64,000 bases of DNA from Candidatus Campbellbacteria bacterium (lineage in GTDB: Bacteria; Patescibacteriota; Minisyncoccia; Phycocordibacterales; UBA1006). The notes below the pieces were generated by a model that was given only the letters and a program-made list of their open reading frames with translations, made no database searches and was not told the DNA's origin. Both the position numbers and the translations under genes were made by a program. Positions 9,479-17,374 of the stretch are shown here, piece after piece. The stretch is from NCBI GenBank assembly GCA_002698305.1, contig NZWR01000004.1:4347-68346 (forward strand), given 5' to 3'. How positions within the stretch are numbered: position 1 is the first letter of the stretch; each line of letters starts with the position of its first letter.

Positions 9479-10981
9479 ATGTCATCATCAGAAAATAATA
9501 TTATAGAACGCTCCCCTGTCGTTGCGATTATGGGTCACGTAGATCATGGTAAATCTACGCTATTAGACTACATCAGAAGCACCAATATTGTAGATGGCGA
9601 AGCTGGAGGAATCACCCAGCATATTTCAACCTACGAAGTCAGTCTCGATTCAGGGAAACGAATTACCTTTCTAGACACACCAGGTCATGCAGCCTTTGAT
9701 ACTATGCGTCACCGAGGTGGAACTATCGCTGATATCGCTATTTTAATTGTTTCAGCAGAAGACAGCGTAAAGAAACAAACTGAGCACGCAATAGAAGTAA
9801 TAAAAAAGAACAATATTCCATATATTGTTGCTATTAACAAAATTGATAAACCAAACGCAAACCCAGAAAAAGTTAAAACTGACCTTTTAGAGCACGGAAT
9901 TTATGTTGAAGGATATGGAGGTGATGTTCCGTTTAATCTTATCTCAGCAAAAAAAGGTGACGGAGTTGATGACCTTCTTGAATCACTCGTTCTTTTGTCA
10001 GAGCTTGAAGAATTCACAGGTGACACCAGGAAATTAGCAACGGGGTATGTTGTTGAATCCCATCGCGATCCTAAACAAGGAGTGTCAGCTACACTTGTTA
10101 TCAAAAACGGAAGCATCGGAAAGGGTCAATTTGTTGTCGTTGAAGATAGTATTACACCAACACGTATGCTTCAAGACTTTACCGGTAAAGCTATTGATGA
10201 GGCCCATTTTTCAACACCAATCACGCTTGTTGGATTTGATAAACTTCCTGCAGTAGGAAGCAGATTTAGTACCTTTGAAACTAAAAAAGATGCTGAAGAA
10301 GCAATAGCAGAATTTAAAGATATAGTAGCAGAAATCGAAGAGCAGCAGACCCTTCTTAACATTCCAGAAGGTGTTGCACTTATCCCAGTAATAATTAAAA
10401 CAGATGTAGCAGGTACCGGAGAAGCAATCCGAGAGCAAATTGAAGCCATGACGACAGATGATGTTATCTTTAAGGTTGTGAAGGTAGAAACTGGTGCTAT
10501 TAATGAGTCGGACGCCAAGCTTGCTCTTTCGGATCCGAACACTGTTATTGTAGGATTCCATGTTGATGAAGAAGCGGCTATTAAAAATCTGAACAATTAC
10601 GAAACACTCACCATTAAAACCTTTAATATTATTTACAAACTTACTGAGTGGTTTGAAGAATTGTACGAAGAACGTCGTATTAAAAAAGAAGTAGATACAG
10701 CTCTTGGTGAACTTAAGGTACTGAAAGTATTTTCATCTCAAAAAAATCAAACGCTCGTTGGTGGATCAGTTGCCTCAGGTACCCTTTCTAAAAAAGAATC
10801 ATGTAAAATTATTCGCAATAACGAACTGGTAGGAACAGGGACCGTCGTTGCTATCCAGCAAGGAAAAACAGCTGTTGATAAAATATCAGGTGCAGGAACT
10901 GAATGTGGAATAATGATAGAGAATGCTTCAGAAATTTTAGAAAAAGACCGTATTCAGACATTTGTAACTGAAGTTAAATAA
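9479..10981 (+). CDS. infB: Translation initiation factor IF-2 (short form)
   Basis: VVAIMGHVDHGKSTLLD, DTPGH, NKID. The start is placed at ATG 9479 (MSSSENNIIERSPV) because the track ORF start at 9386 overlaps the upstream gene by 89 nt. Confidence 0.93.
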   Translation: MSSSENNIIERSPVVAIMGHVDHGKSTLLDYIRSTNIVDGEAGGITQHISTYEVSLDSGKRITFLDTPGHAAFDTMRHRGGTIADIAILIVSAEDSVKKQTEHAIEVIKKNNIPYIVAINKIDKPNANPEKVKTDLLEHGIYVEGYGGDVPFNLISAKKGDGVDDLLESLVLLSELEEFTGDTRKLATGYVVESHRDPKQGVSATLVIKNGSIGKGQFVVVEDSITPTRMLQDFTGKAIDEAHFSTPITLVGFDKLPAVGSRFSTFETKKDAEEAIAEFKDIVAEIEEQQTLLNIPEGVALIPVIIKTDVAGTGEAIREQIEAMTTDDVIFKVVKVETGAINESDAKLALSDPNTVIVGFHVDEEAAIKNLNNYETLTIKTFNIIYKLTEWFEELYEERRIKKEVDTALGELKVLKVFSSQKNQTLVGGSVASGTLSKKESCKIIRNNELVGTGTVVAIQQGKTAVDKISGAGTECGIMIENASEILEKDRIQTFVTEVK

Positions 10982-10985
10982 CTAT

Positions 10986-11318
10986 ATGAAAGGAGACCGA
11001 CTGATAAAACTTAATAAGGAACTACAAAAAGCATTTGGTGCCTTCGTAGAGCGCGAATCAAACAAGGAGTCATTAATCACCGTAACTCGCTGTGACATTA
11101 GCCCGGACTTAAAAAACGTCATTGTATTTATCTCAGTATTTCCAGAAGATAAGGAGGATAGTGTCATTAAATTTCTAGAACGCAGAAAATGGGATGCCCG
11201 TGAGTATATTAAATCACGAATCACTACGCGAGTTATTCCATTTGTAGATTTTCAAATTGATTACGGTGACAAAAACAGACGTCATATTGATAGTCTTCTA
11301 AAAAAAGAAAATCTATAA
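10986..11318 (+). CDS. rbfA: Ribosome-binding factor A
   Basis: 110 aa, RLIKLNKELQKAFGAFVE..ITVTRCDISPDLKNVIVFISV. Follows infB, the conserved gene order. Confidence 0.85.
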   Translation: MKGDRLIKLNKELQKAFGAFVERESNKESLITVTRCDISPDLKNVIVFISVFPEDKEDSVIKFLERRKWDAREYIKSRITTRVIPFVDFQIDYGDKNRRHIDSLLKKENL

Positions 11319-11381
11319 CACCCTGATTTGTGAGCCGAGCTTTTGCATGATACTGTAGTAACAGCATATTCATGCGTTATT

Positions 11382-11453
11382 GGCGTGGTGGCGAAGTGGT
11401 AACGCTGCGGTCTGCAAAACCGCCATGCGCGGGTTCGAATCCCGCCCACGCCT
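11382..11453 (+). tRNA. tRNA-Cys (anticodon GCA)
   Basis: Acceptor GGCGTGG/CCACGCC, loop CTGCAAA, discriminator U73 (the Cys identity element). Confidence 0.9.
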
Positions 11454-11570
11454 CATATAAAAACCTTTTTAAGGTTTTTCCTTTATCTTTAAATGGGAAT
11501 GTTTCAAGGCTCAAAATCTAAACTTTTTTATATAAATTTTCTTTTTGGAAATCTATCGATGAGATACTTG

Positions 11571-11659
11571 TGGTGCCGAGAGCGGGGGTCGAACCCGCAC
11601 GCCAATAATTAGCAAGGGATTTTAAGTCCCTCGTGTCTACCAATTCCACCATCTCGGCA
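11571..11659 (-). tRNA. tRNA-Leu (anticodon TAA), CCA encoded
   Basis: The reverse complement folds with acceptor GCCGAGA/TCTCGGC, loop CTTAAAA, a long variable arm and a terminal ACCA. Confidence 0.9.
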
Positions 11660-11720
11660 TGATGATTATTATACACAGTTATCGTAAAACGAAAAATATG
11701 TAACGCTATTTTATAAATAA

Positions 11721-11750
11721 AAATCACAAACATAGATATGTTTGTGATTT
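11721..11750 (-). terminator. Terminator after the tRNA-Lys/tRNA-Leu(TAG) pair
   Basis: 14-bp perfect stem aaatcacaaacata/tatgtttgtgattt, with a T-rich tract on the minus strand. Confidence 0.6.
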
Positions 11751-11759
11751 ACTTATGTG

Positions 11760-11841
11760 TGCCCAAGAGAGGGCTCGAACCTCCACGCGTTGCCGCACTG
11801 GTTCCTAAGACCAGCGTGTCTACCAATTCCACCACCTGGGC
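11760..11841 (-). tRNA. tRNA-Leu (anticodon TAG)
   Basis: Acceptor GCCCAGG/CTTGGGC, loop CTTAGGA, long variable arm, discriminator A. Confidence 0.9.
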
Positions 11842-11862
11842 AGGTGTTTGTATTACCTCTTG

Positions 11863-11935
11863 TCCGCCTGGAAGGACTCGAACCTTCGACCGTCTGGTTA
11901 AGAGCCAGCTGCTCTACCGACTGAGCTACAAGCGG
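11863..11935 (-). tRNA. tRNA-Lys (anticodon CTT)
   Basis: Acceptor CCGCTTG/CAGGCGG, loop CTCTTAA, T-arm GAAGG-TTCGAGT-CCTTC. Confidence 0.88.
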
Positions 11936-12009
11936 TAACAGAAACGATTATATATCAACATTCATTTTGTGCAAGAACACATATAAAAAATACTCGTGAT
12001 TGAGTATTT

Positions 12010-12369
12010 TTAGCCAACAGATAAATCTCCGCCTGCAAATAAGTTAAAGGTTCGCCCAATAACCTGAATAATTCCCCATAGAGATAAAATGATAAATAAC
12101 CCAAGAAGTCCAGAAATGATTTGTTGTTTTCTTCCCTCTTTTGTTTGTGAATCGCTTTCAAGAATATAGCGTGTAATTGATACAATCGTGAAGAATAATG
12201 CCAGTGATACAAGAATCGGGATCACCAAATCATTAATAAATTTAGTTGCTGAACTTGCGACAGTCGTCACATTGCTTGAATCAATTTGCGCGTAGACTTT
12301 GCGTGCTGCAAAAAACCATGTCGATATACCAATCACAGCAGTCTTCTTTTGTGTAAAAAATTTCTTCAT
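12010..12369 (-). CDS. VirB2/TrbC-like (T4SS-pilin-like) small membrane protein, paralog 1
   Basis: Signal peptide ending YAQ, TM1 (LVIPILVSLALFFTIV), polar loop ESDSQTKEGRKQ, TM2 (IISGLLGLFIILSLWGII). The start is taken at MKKFF, one nt after the upstream stop. Confidence 0.6.
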   Translation of the reverse strand: MKKFFTQKKTAVIGISTWFFAARKVYAQIDSSNVTTVASSATKFINDLVIPILVSLALFFTIVSITRYILESDSQTKEGRKQQIISGLLGLFIILSLWGIIQVIGRTFNLFAGGDLSVG

Positions 12370-12370
12370 A

Positions 12371-12715
12371 TTAATTAGTGAACAGTTGTGGTAGGAATAC
12401 GTTTGTTCCAAAGAAGCTTTGAGTTACCACAGACGTCAGACTCAGGTATGCGATCATTGCAAACAGTGCGATGATTCCCCACAACATGCGCTGCTTCCCT
12501 TTTTTGCGTTGTTCTGGGTTATCTGACCCTTGAATAAACATAACAACGCCAAATATAAACCACGCAAGAGCTGCAGACATCAATAGCGGTACTACAACAT
12601 CACTAATCTTTACTACCTCTCCTACAGCATTTCTAAAGGTCTGTGCGCTTGTTATAGCTGGTATGAAGGGAGATGAAACTGCAATAGTTTTTTTGTTTAA
12701 TAGATATTTCATCAT
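12371..12715 (-). CDS. VirB2/TrbC-like small membrane protein, paralog 2
   Basis: Signal peptide ending SAQ, TM1, loop GSDNPEQRKKGKQRMLWG, TM2. Confidence 0.6.
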   Translation of the reverse strand: MMKYLLNKKTIAVSSPFIPAITSAQTFRNAVGEVVKISDVVVPLLMSAALAWFIFGVVMFIQGSDNPEQRKKGKQRMLWGIIALFAMIAYLSLTSVVTQSFFGTNVFLPQLFTN

Positions 12716-12719
12716 ACGA

Positions 12720-13139
12720 CTACCCTGTTATGGCTGTTACCGTTGCAAAGATCCCTTGAGCAATCGCATACGCCCCAAGAAGAATAGCAGCTCCTACAAC
12801 AATATAGATTAATGTTTGTTTTGCTGATTTTAGCTTTTCAGAATTTCCTTGCGCAGCAACAAATTTAAAACCAGCATAAATTAATGCAATAACAATTAAC
12901 GGTACCGCAACAGTTAATACAATATCCATAAAGGTCTCAACTAGAGTTGGGATGTCATCGACATTGTTTAGTGGGTTGTTAAGTTTTTCTGAACTAGGAT
13001 TTGTTATTCCTCCCTGTGGTTCAGGATTTGTTATTCCTCCCTGTGGTTCAGGATTATCACCTTGCGCAAACAAACTTTCTGCACTAAAAAGGGCTAAAAA
13101 AATTAAAGATGGTGCTAAAAAATTTTTTACTTTTTCCAT
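12720..13139 (-). CDS. VirB2/TrbC-like small membrane protein, paralog 3 (with NPEPQGGIT repeat)
   Basis: Signal peptide ending FAQ, duplicated NPEPQGGIT, TM1, loop AAQGNSEKLKSAKQ, TM2. Confidence 0.6.
   Translation of the reverse strand: MEKVKNFLAPSLIFLALFSAESLFAQGDNPEPQGGITNPEPQGGITNPSSEKLNNPLNNVDDIPTLVETFMDIVLTVAVPLIVIALIYAGFKFVAAQGNSEKLKSAKQTLIYIVVGAAILLGAYAIAQGIFATVTAITG
12996..13055. repeat. 27-bp in-frame tandem repeat, 2.2 copies
   Basis: aggatttgttattcctccctgtggttc occurs twice perfectly, followed by a 6-nt partial copy. It encodes NPEPQGGIT x2 in paralog 3. Confidence 0.95.
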
Positions 13140-13244
13140 ATCATAATATTAACATAAAATACGCGTAATCTTTCATAAAAATATTGACATAAAATATATA
13201 TAATATATAATATAATTAAACATAACCTTAAAAATTTCAGAACC

Positions 13245-13625
13245 ATGGTAAGAAAAATATTAGTTGCTTTCTTTAGCATTGTATTAACCTTTTTCTTAAT
13301 TTGGCTTTTCCTTAAGCCATCTGAAAAAGAAATTCCTAAAAAACTGATTCAGGATAAAGAAGAAGTAATAAAGTTTTCATACAATGAAAACTTAACATCT
13401 GATTCAATATTAAAAATACCTGTTTTTTATACCTCATTTTACCAATCTTTTTCACCACGAGACGCAGTAAGCTGCGTTAAGGTAAGAAACGGTAGCCGAG
13501 GTAAATGGACTGGCGCAAATAAGTTTCAGTCAGCGAATGTAGATAGTAATGTCTACTATAAAATAATGTGTAACCACTTCGATCATGAAAACATTACTGT
13601 ACATGTTAGAAGTCAAAATAACTAA
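13245..13625 (+). CDS. Hypothetical membrane-anchored protein
   Basis: 126 aa with one N-terminal TM helix. No family recognised. Confidence 0.4.
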   Translation: MVRKILVAFFSIVLTFFLIWLFLKPSEKEIPKKLIQDKEEVIKFSYNENLTSDSILKIPVFYTSFYQSFSPRDAVSCVKVRNGSRGKWTGANKFQSANVDSNVYYKIMCNHFDHENITVHVRSQNN

Positions 13626-13628
13626 ATT

Positions 13629-14993
13629 ATGACAGTAGATAGAAAAAAAGTTGAAGGGCTTATAAAAGACCAAAAAGAATGTATAGAAATATTTGCCAAA
13701 GAAAAAGAACAAGAAGGTAAAGGTGTCTATGAAATTCATGATGACACACAATCCTTTTGGAACTCTGTAATGCTATATGCAGCCGCTTCATTTGCTGTGG
13801 TTGTGTTGCTCTACATCATTTCAGGATCCGATAAGAGTTTCTGGTTATGCTTTCTCATTGGGCCAATTCCAGGTTTAATCCTTGGTTTTCTTGATGCAGA
13901 AACAATTCCACGGAATCGACTTAAAACAATTTTTGACTATAAAAATCAAAAAGCAGTGTGTGTAGCCAAAGAGGGTTATCACCCAAGAAGATTTTTTACG
14001 ATTGCTGAGTCAGGAAATTATCCTGCTCAACCATTTTTTGTAAAAATTCCGCTCTCTGGTTTTATAACTAAAGATGAAGTTGAGATTACTAAGGGGCAGA
14101 TGGTTTTAACCGTCCAGCATATTAATCCTCTACTTTTTGAAGATCGGGGTTCAAATGCCAGTAGTTCAATGCTTTCGACCAACAAATCGGGAGTAAAGAG
14201 TAGTGATAGTGATGGTATAAATTTTGTACGAAACGAAGCACTAGATGCTGCTCAAAACTATATAGTTGAGCGAGATTATAAATTTATTGAAAAAGAATCA
14301 AAAAATCTCATAGGTTTATTCCTTAAAGATGAAGATTCTGACACTACTGACACAGTAGCGAAATTTAATGAATTTAAATACGAGATTAATTATGCAGGGA
14401 TGGTTGTACATAAAATCGATATCGTTGGACTTGATCCAGAGGAAGATTACAAAAAAGCACGTACTCAGCCAAAAAGAGAAAAATTAAAGGCAGAGTCAGT
14501 TGCAATTGAGACAGATAATTTACGGAAACTTGCAAATGATCAAGTACTGGAAGAAATAGTGAATCATCAACCAAATAGCTCGATCAAAGACGCACAAGAT
14601 TTCTTAGACGAAGCATATGAAAAAATCAAGGATGAACCCAAAATGAAAATTTATTTAGGGATAGCTGATGATGATGAAAAAAAGATGTATCCAGGTATTG
14701 AGAAATCTCTTGAAAAATTTGAACAAGAGCAGGTAAAAACTGCTATTCAGATTGCGTTAAGAACTGCAGTTCATGTTAAACCAGATGGTTCAACATATTC
14801 TGTTTCTGGAGGAGACGTGAGACATTGGAGAACTGAAGCTCTGAAAAATGTTAAAATTATCAATGGAAAAAGTGCTCAACGTTATAATGAGAACTCGTTT
14901 GATGGTGGTGAAAACATGGATCCAGCAGCCAAGGCTTATGCCATGGGACAAATTATGGCCGATAACGCCCGGGAAAGTAGCGCAAAAGATTAA
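13629..14993 (+). CDS. Hypothetical membrane protein, weakly SPFH/band-7-like
   Basis: 454 aa with two TM helices near residues 45-95. The stretch GMVVHKIDIVGLDPEEDYKKA..KLKAESVAIETDNLRKLA is reminiscent of the SPFH core plus the following helix. Assessed by eye only. Confidence 0.35.
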   Translation: MTVDRKKVEGLIKDQKECIEIFAKEKEQEGKGVYEIHDDTQSFWNSVMLYAAASFAVVVLLYIISGSDKSFWLCFLIGPIPGLILGFLDAETIPRNRLKTIFDYKNQKAVCVAKEGYHPRRFFTIAESGNYPAQPFFVKIPLSGFITKDEVEITKGQMVLTVQHINPLLFEDRGSNASSSMLSTNKSGVKSSDSDGINFVRNEALDAAQNYIVERDYKFIEKESKNLIGLFLKDEDSDTTDTVAKFNEFKYEINYAGMVVHKIDIVGLDPEEDYKKARTQPKREKLKAESVAIETDNLRKLANDQVLEEIVNHQPNSSIKDAQDFLDEAYEKIKDEPKMKIYLGIADDDEKKMYPGIEKSLEKFEQEQVKTAIQIALRTAVHVKPDGSTYSVSGGDVRHWRTEALKNVKIINGKSAQRYNENSFDGGENMDPAAKAYAMGQIMADNARESSAKD

Positions 14994-15047
14994 TACACCT
15001 TAAGGTATCACAAATATTTAATTGAATTTATTTTAATTAAATCATAC

Positions 15048-15077
15048 AAAGCCAGTTGCAATGCAACTGGCTTTTTT
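15048..15077 (+). terminator. Terminator of the 13245-14993 unit
   Basis: aaagccagttgc-aat-gcaactggcttt followed by a T-run. Confidence 0.7.
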
Positions 15078-15081
15078 ATTT

Positions 15082-15108
15082 AAAAAACAACATCCAAGAT
15101 GTTGTTTT
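15082..15108 (-). terminator. Terminator of the convergent minus-strand gene
   Basis: aaaacaacatc-caa-gatgttgtttt, with a T-run on the minus strand. Confidence 0.65.
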
Positions 15109-15118
15109 ATTAATAGTA

Positions 15119-15490
15119 CTATTGCCCAGGCCTGAGTCCAGAAAAATCAGCGGATTCATCTGGGTTAATACGGTCTAGACCCAAGGTTCCTCCAATGAAA
15201 TTCATAATACCGAATACCGATACCATAATAGCCATACCGATAATTCCCCACACCATATTACGCTTCCCTTTTTTAAGTGCCTCGTCTGAGCCACCATCAC
15301 CACTTTGTGCTTGGAAAAAATTAAACAAACCAACCAAGAATAAAATGATTGCAGCCGTAAACATTAAAATAATCAACGGGTTTAATAACTGTTCATTAAT
15401 CTTTCCCATAAGCGTTACCACCTCTTCTGGAGCCTGTGCGTGTGCAACAGGGATCGCGATATATTCTTTAATAAAAGACGAAATATTCAT
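15119..15490 (-). CDS. VirB2/TrbC-like small membrane protein, paralog 4
   Basis: Leader ending HAQ, TM1, loop AQSGDGGSDEALKKGKRNMVWG, TM2. Confidence 0.6.
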   Translation of the reverse strand: MNISSFIKEYIAIPVAHAQAPEEVVTLMGKINEQLLNPLIILMFTAAIILFLVGLFNFFQAQSGDGGSDEALKKGKRNMVWGIIGMAIMVSVFGIMNFIGGTLGLDRINPDESADFSGLRPGQ

Positions 15491-15543
15491 ATCACAACTA
15501 TACCATCTGGTGATGTATTTTTCTATACAACAAAAAAAACCTT

Positions 15544-15927
15544 TTATGAAAGGTTTTTTGTTTCAAAGGTATCTTCAAATGTATATTCAATACCTGGTAG
15601 GTATTGATTTTCAATCGTACCTCCATCAAGTCCAAATGTTCGTTGCACAACCCCAATCAGTCCGCGAACTGAAAAGATAACAATCAAACCGATAATTCCA
15701 TTGATAACAATTCTTCGAGCGTCACCCTTGGCATCTGAATCTTTAGCAGTAATGAATTTTACTACTCCGTAGATAAAGAAGAGCATTGCTGCACCAACCA
15801 AAATTGGTGTTGCAAGCTGAATTAGGTTTCCAATTGTCGCCAAAATAGACGTAGCGTCTTGAGCGTGTGCAAACATCGGTAATGATGCTGATACAAGTAA
15901 GGTTCCTTTTAATAGATGTTTTAGCAT
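15544..15927 (-). CDS. VirB2/TrbC-like small membrane protein, paralog 5
   Basis: Signal peptide ending HAQ, TM1, loop AKDSDAKGDARR, TM2. Confidence 0.6.
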   Translation of the reverse strand: MLKHLLKGTLLVSASLPMFAHAQDATSILATIGNLIQLATPILVGAAMLFFIYGVVKFITAKDSDAKGDARRIVINGIIGLIVIFSVRGLIGVVQRTFGLDGGTIENQYLPGIEYTFEDTFETKNLS

Positions 15928-16032
15928 GTTCTAAATATAATTATGTAAATAAATAATAGCTGCTTCATTGGATGCCCAAGAAGTTGAATATATTATACCA
16001 TCCTGTGGCGATTTTCGGCAAGACATTTAGTA

Positions 16033-17337
16033 TTAAATCTGTTCTAGGTAATATGCATCGTTCTCAGATGAAGTATCATAACCGAGCGTCGCTACAACCG
16101 TACGCACCAAGAGCCATGCACCCAAGACCACCGCAATCCCGATAATAAGGCTGGTCATTGCTTTTTTAGCAAGATCCCTCTTTCGGCTATTTCCTCCACT
16201 AGTTAGAAACAAGAATCCTGTGTACGCTAACACAATAACAGCAATCGGAAGGATTAAAATAATAATCCATGTAACAACATTATTTAAAAGCCTAATAAAA
16301 TCATCAAACCCGCATGCATCTGAAATGCTTGCCAAATTATATCCGCAATCAGTCGATACAATACCTGAAGCGAGAGTTTGTTGCTGATCCGTATTAAAGA
16401 CTGAGCCAGAGCTTCCTGGGGCGGTAGGATCGGTTCCACCAGATTGATTTCCACCCGAAGGATCAGGATCTGCCGGATCACCTGGGTTAGAAATAACAGG
16501 AGTCTCTAGATTCGTCACGGGGCTTACTGCCCGAGGATCGTTTACCCTATCTGAAAAATATAATGAATATGCGAACCCTGGTTCAATCCCCCAATCAACA
16601 ACTGATAGATTATTAACATCGCAATCCCCGTTTATATCAGCAAGAACGGGTGTTGGTAGACACACTCTAAATAATTGAGGTTCATAGGTTCCTAAAAATT
16701 GGTATGTTGTTTCCCCTGCTGGCGATACTTTTTGTAGAACAAGGTAGACCGGATCACCTGCATTTTTTGCTATATTTGATTGGCTTTTAAGATGATAAGT
16801 ATAGGTTCCATTTGACTGAGTGATCAAATCTTTTTTCTCCCACGTAAGATCAGTAACAGTAACAGACGGAGGTAATTCTTCTAATAAATTTTGTATTAGA
16901 TACGGTGGAGTGAGCGAGATAATATCGTATGTTTCTGGGATAATTTCGTTAGGAACGATTGCCTCTGCTATGATTTGATCGTACTCAACATCACCACCAG
17001 GAATAATTTTTGTAATAATTCCTGATTGACTTACATTATATTCATTTTCTGATAGCTCTATAACAGCTGAAACTGGTTGTTGCGCTCCTTGAATACCTCC
17101 TTGACTGATATCAAACTGACTTCCTGTCGCTGCGTTTCTTAAAATAATTGCCACCGCGGTTTCTTCAAGATTGGCTGTAAGCTGAACATTAACGGAGTCA
17201 CTATCAACGCTGATAGATTCTATATAATTATTGACATTCGTAGATTGGAGAGCTTGTTGTGCATGCGTGCTCTGGCTAGCCACCGCAATAGCAAAAAGAC
17301 CAAGTACCAAAAGGACACGTGAAATACTTTTTTTCAT
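16033..17337 (-). CDS. Secreted ~330-aa domain fused to a C-terminal VirB2/TrbC-like two-helix module (paralog 6)
   Basis: 434 aa. Signal peptide ending HAQ. Contains a dockerin/EF-hand-like DINGDCDVNNLSVVD and a P/G/D-rich linker. The C-terminus reads VVTWIIILILPIAVIVLAYTGFLFLTSGGNSRKRDLAKKAMTSLIIGIAVVLGAWLL. Confidence 0.55.
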   Translation of the reverse strand: MKKSISRVLLVLGLFAIAVASQSTHAQQALQSTNVNNYIESISVDSDSVNVQLTANLEETAVAIILRNAATGSQFDISQGGIQGAQQPVSAVIELSENEYNVSQSGIITKIIPGGDVEYDQIIAEAIVPNEIIPETYDIISLTPPYLIQNLLEELPPSVTVTDLTWEKKDLITQSNGTYTYHLKSQSNIAKNAGDPVYLVLQKVSPAGETTYQFLGTYEPQLFRVCLPTPVLADINGDCDVNNLSVVDWGIEPGFAYSLYFSDRVNDPRAVSPVTNLETPVISNPGDPADPDPSGGNQSGGTDPTAPGSSGSVFNTDQQQTLASGIVSTDCGYNLASISDACGFDDFIRLLNNVVTWIIILILPIAVIVLAYTGFLFLTSGGNSRKRDLAKKAMTSLIIGIAVVLGAWLLVRTVVATLGYDTSSENDAYYLEQI

Positions 17338-17374
17338 ACCAACAGTATATCAAAAAAATGAGAAATAATTCTCA

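Noticed and set aside
11518-11938. Two approximately 70-aa ORFs (11518-11733 minus strand, 11738-11938 plus strand).
   Set aside because: They are read across three well-folding tRNA genes (Leu-TAA, Leu-TAG, Lys-CTT). The same reasoning rejects 4822-5027 (tRNA-Tyr), 30800-31111 (fMet) and 52045-52444 (tRNA-Ser region).
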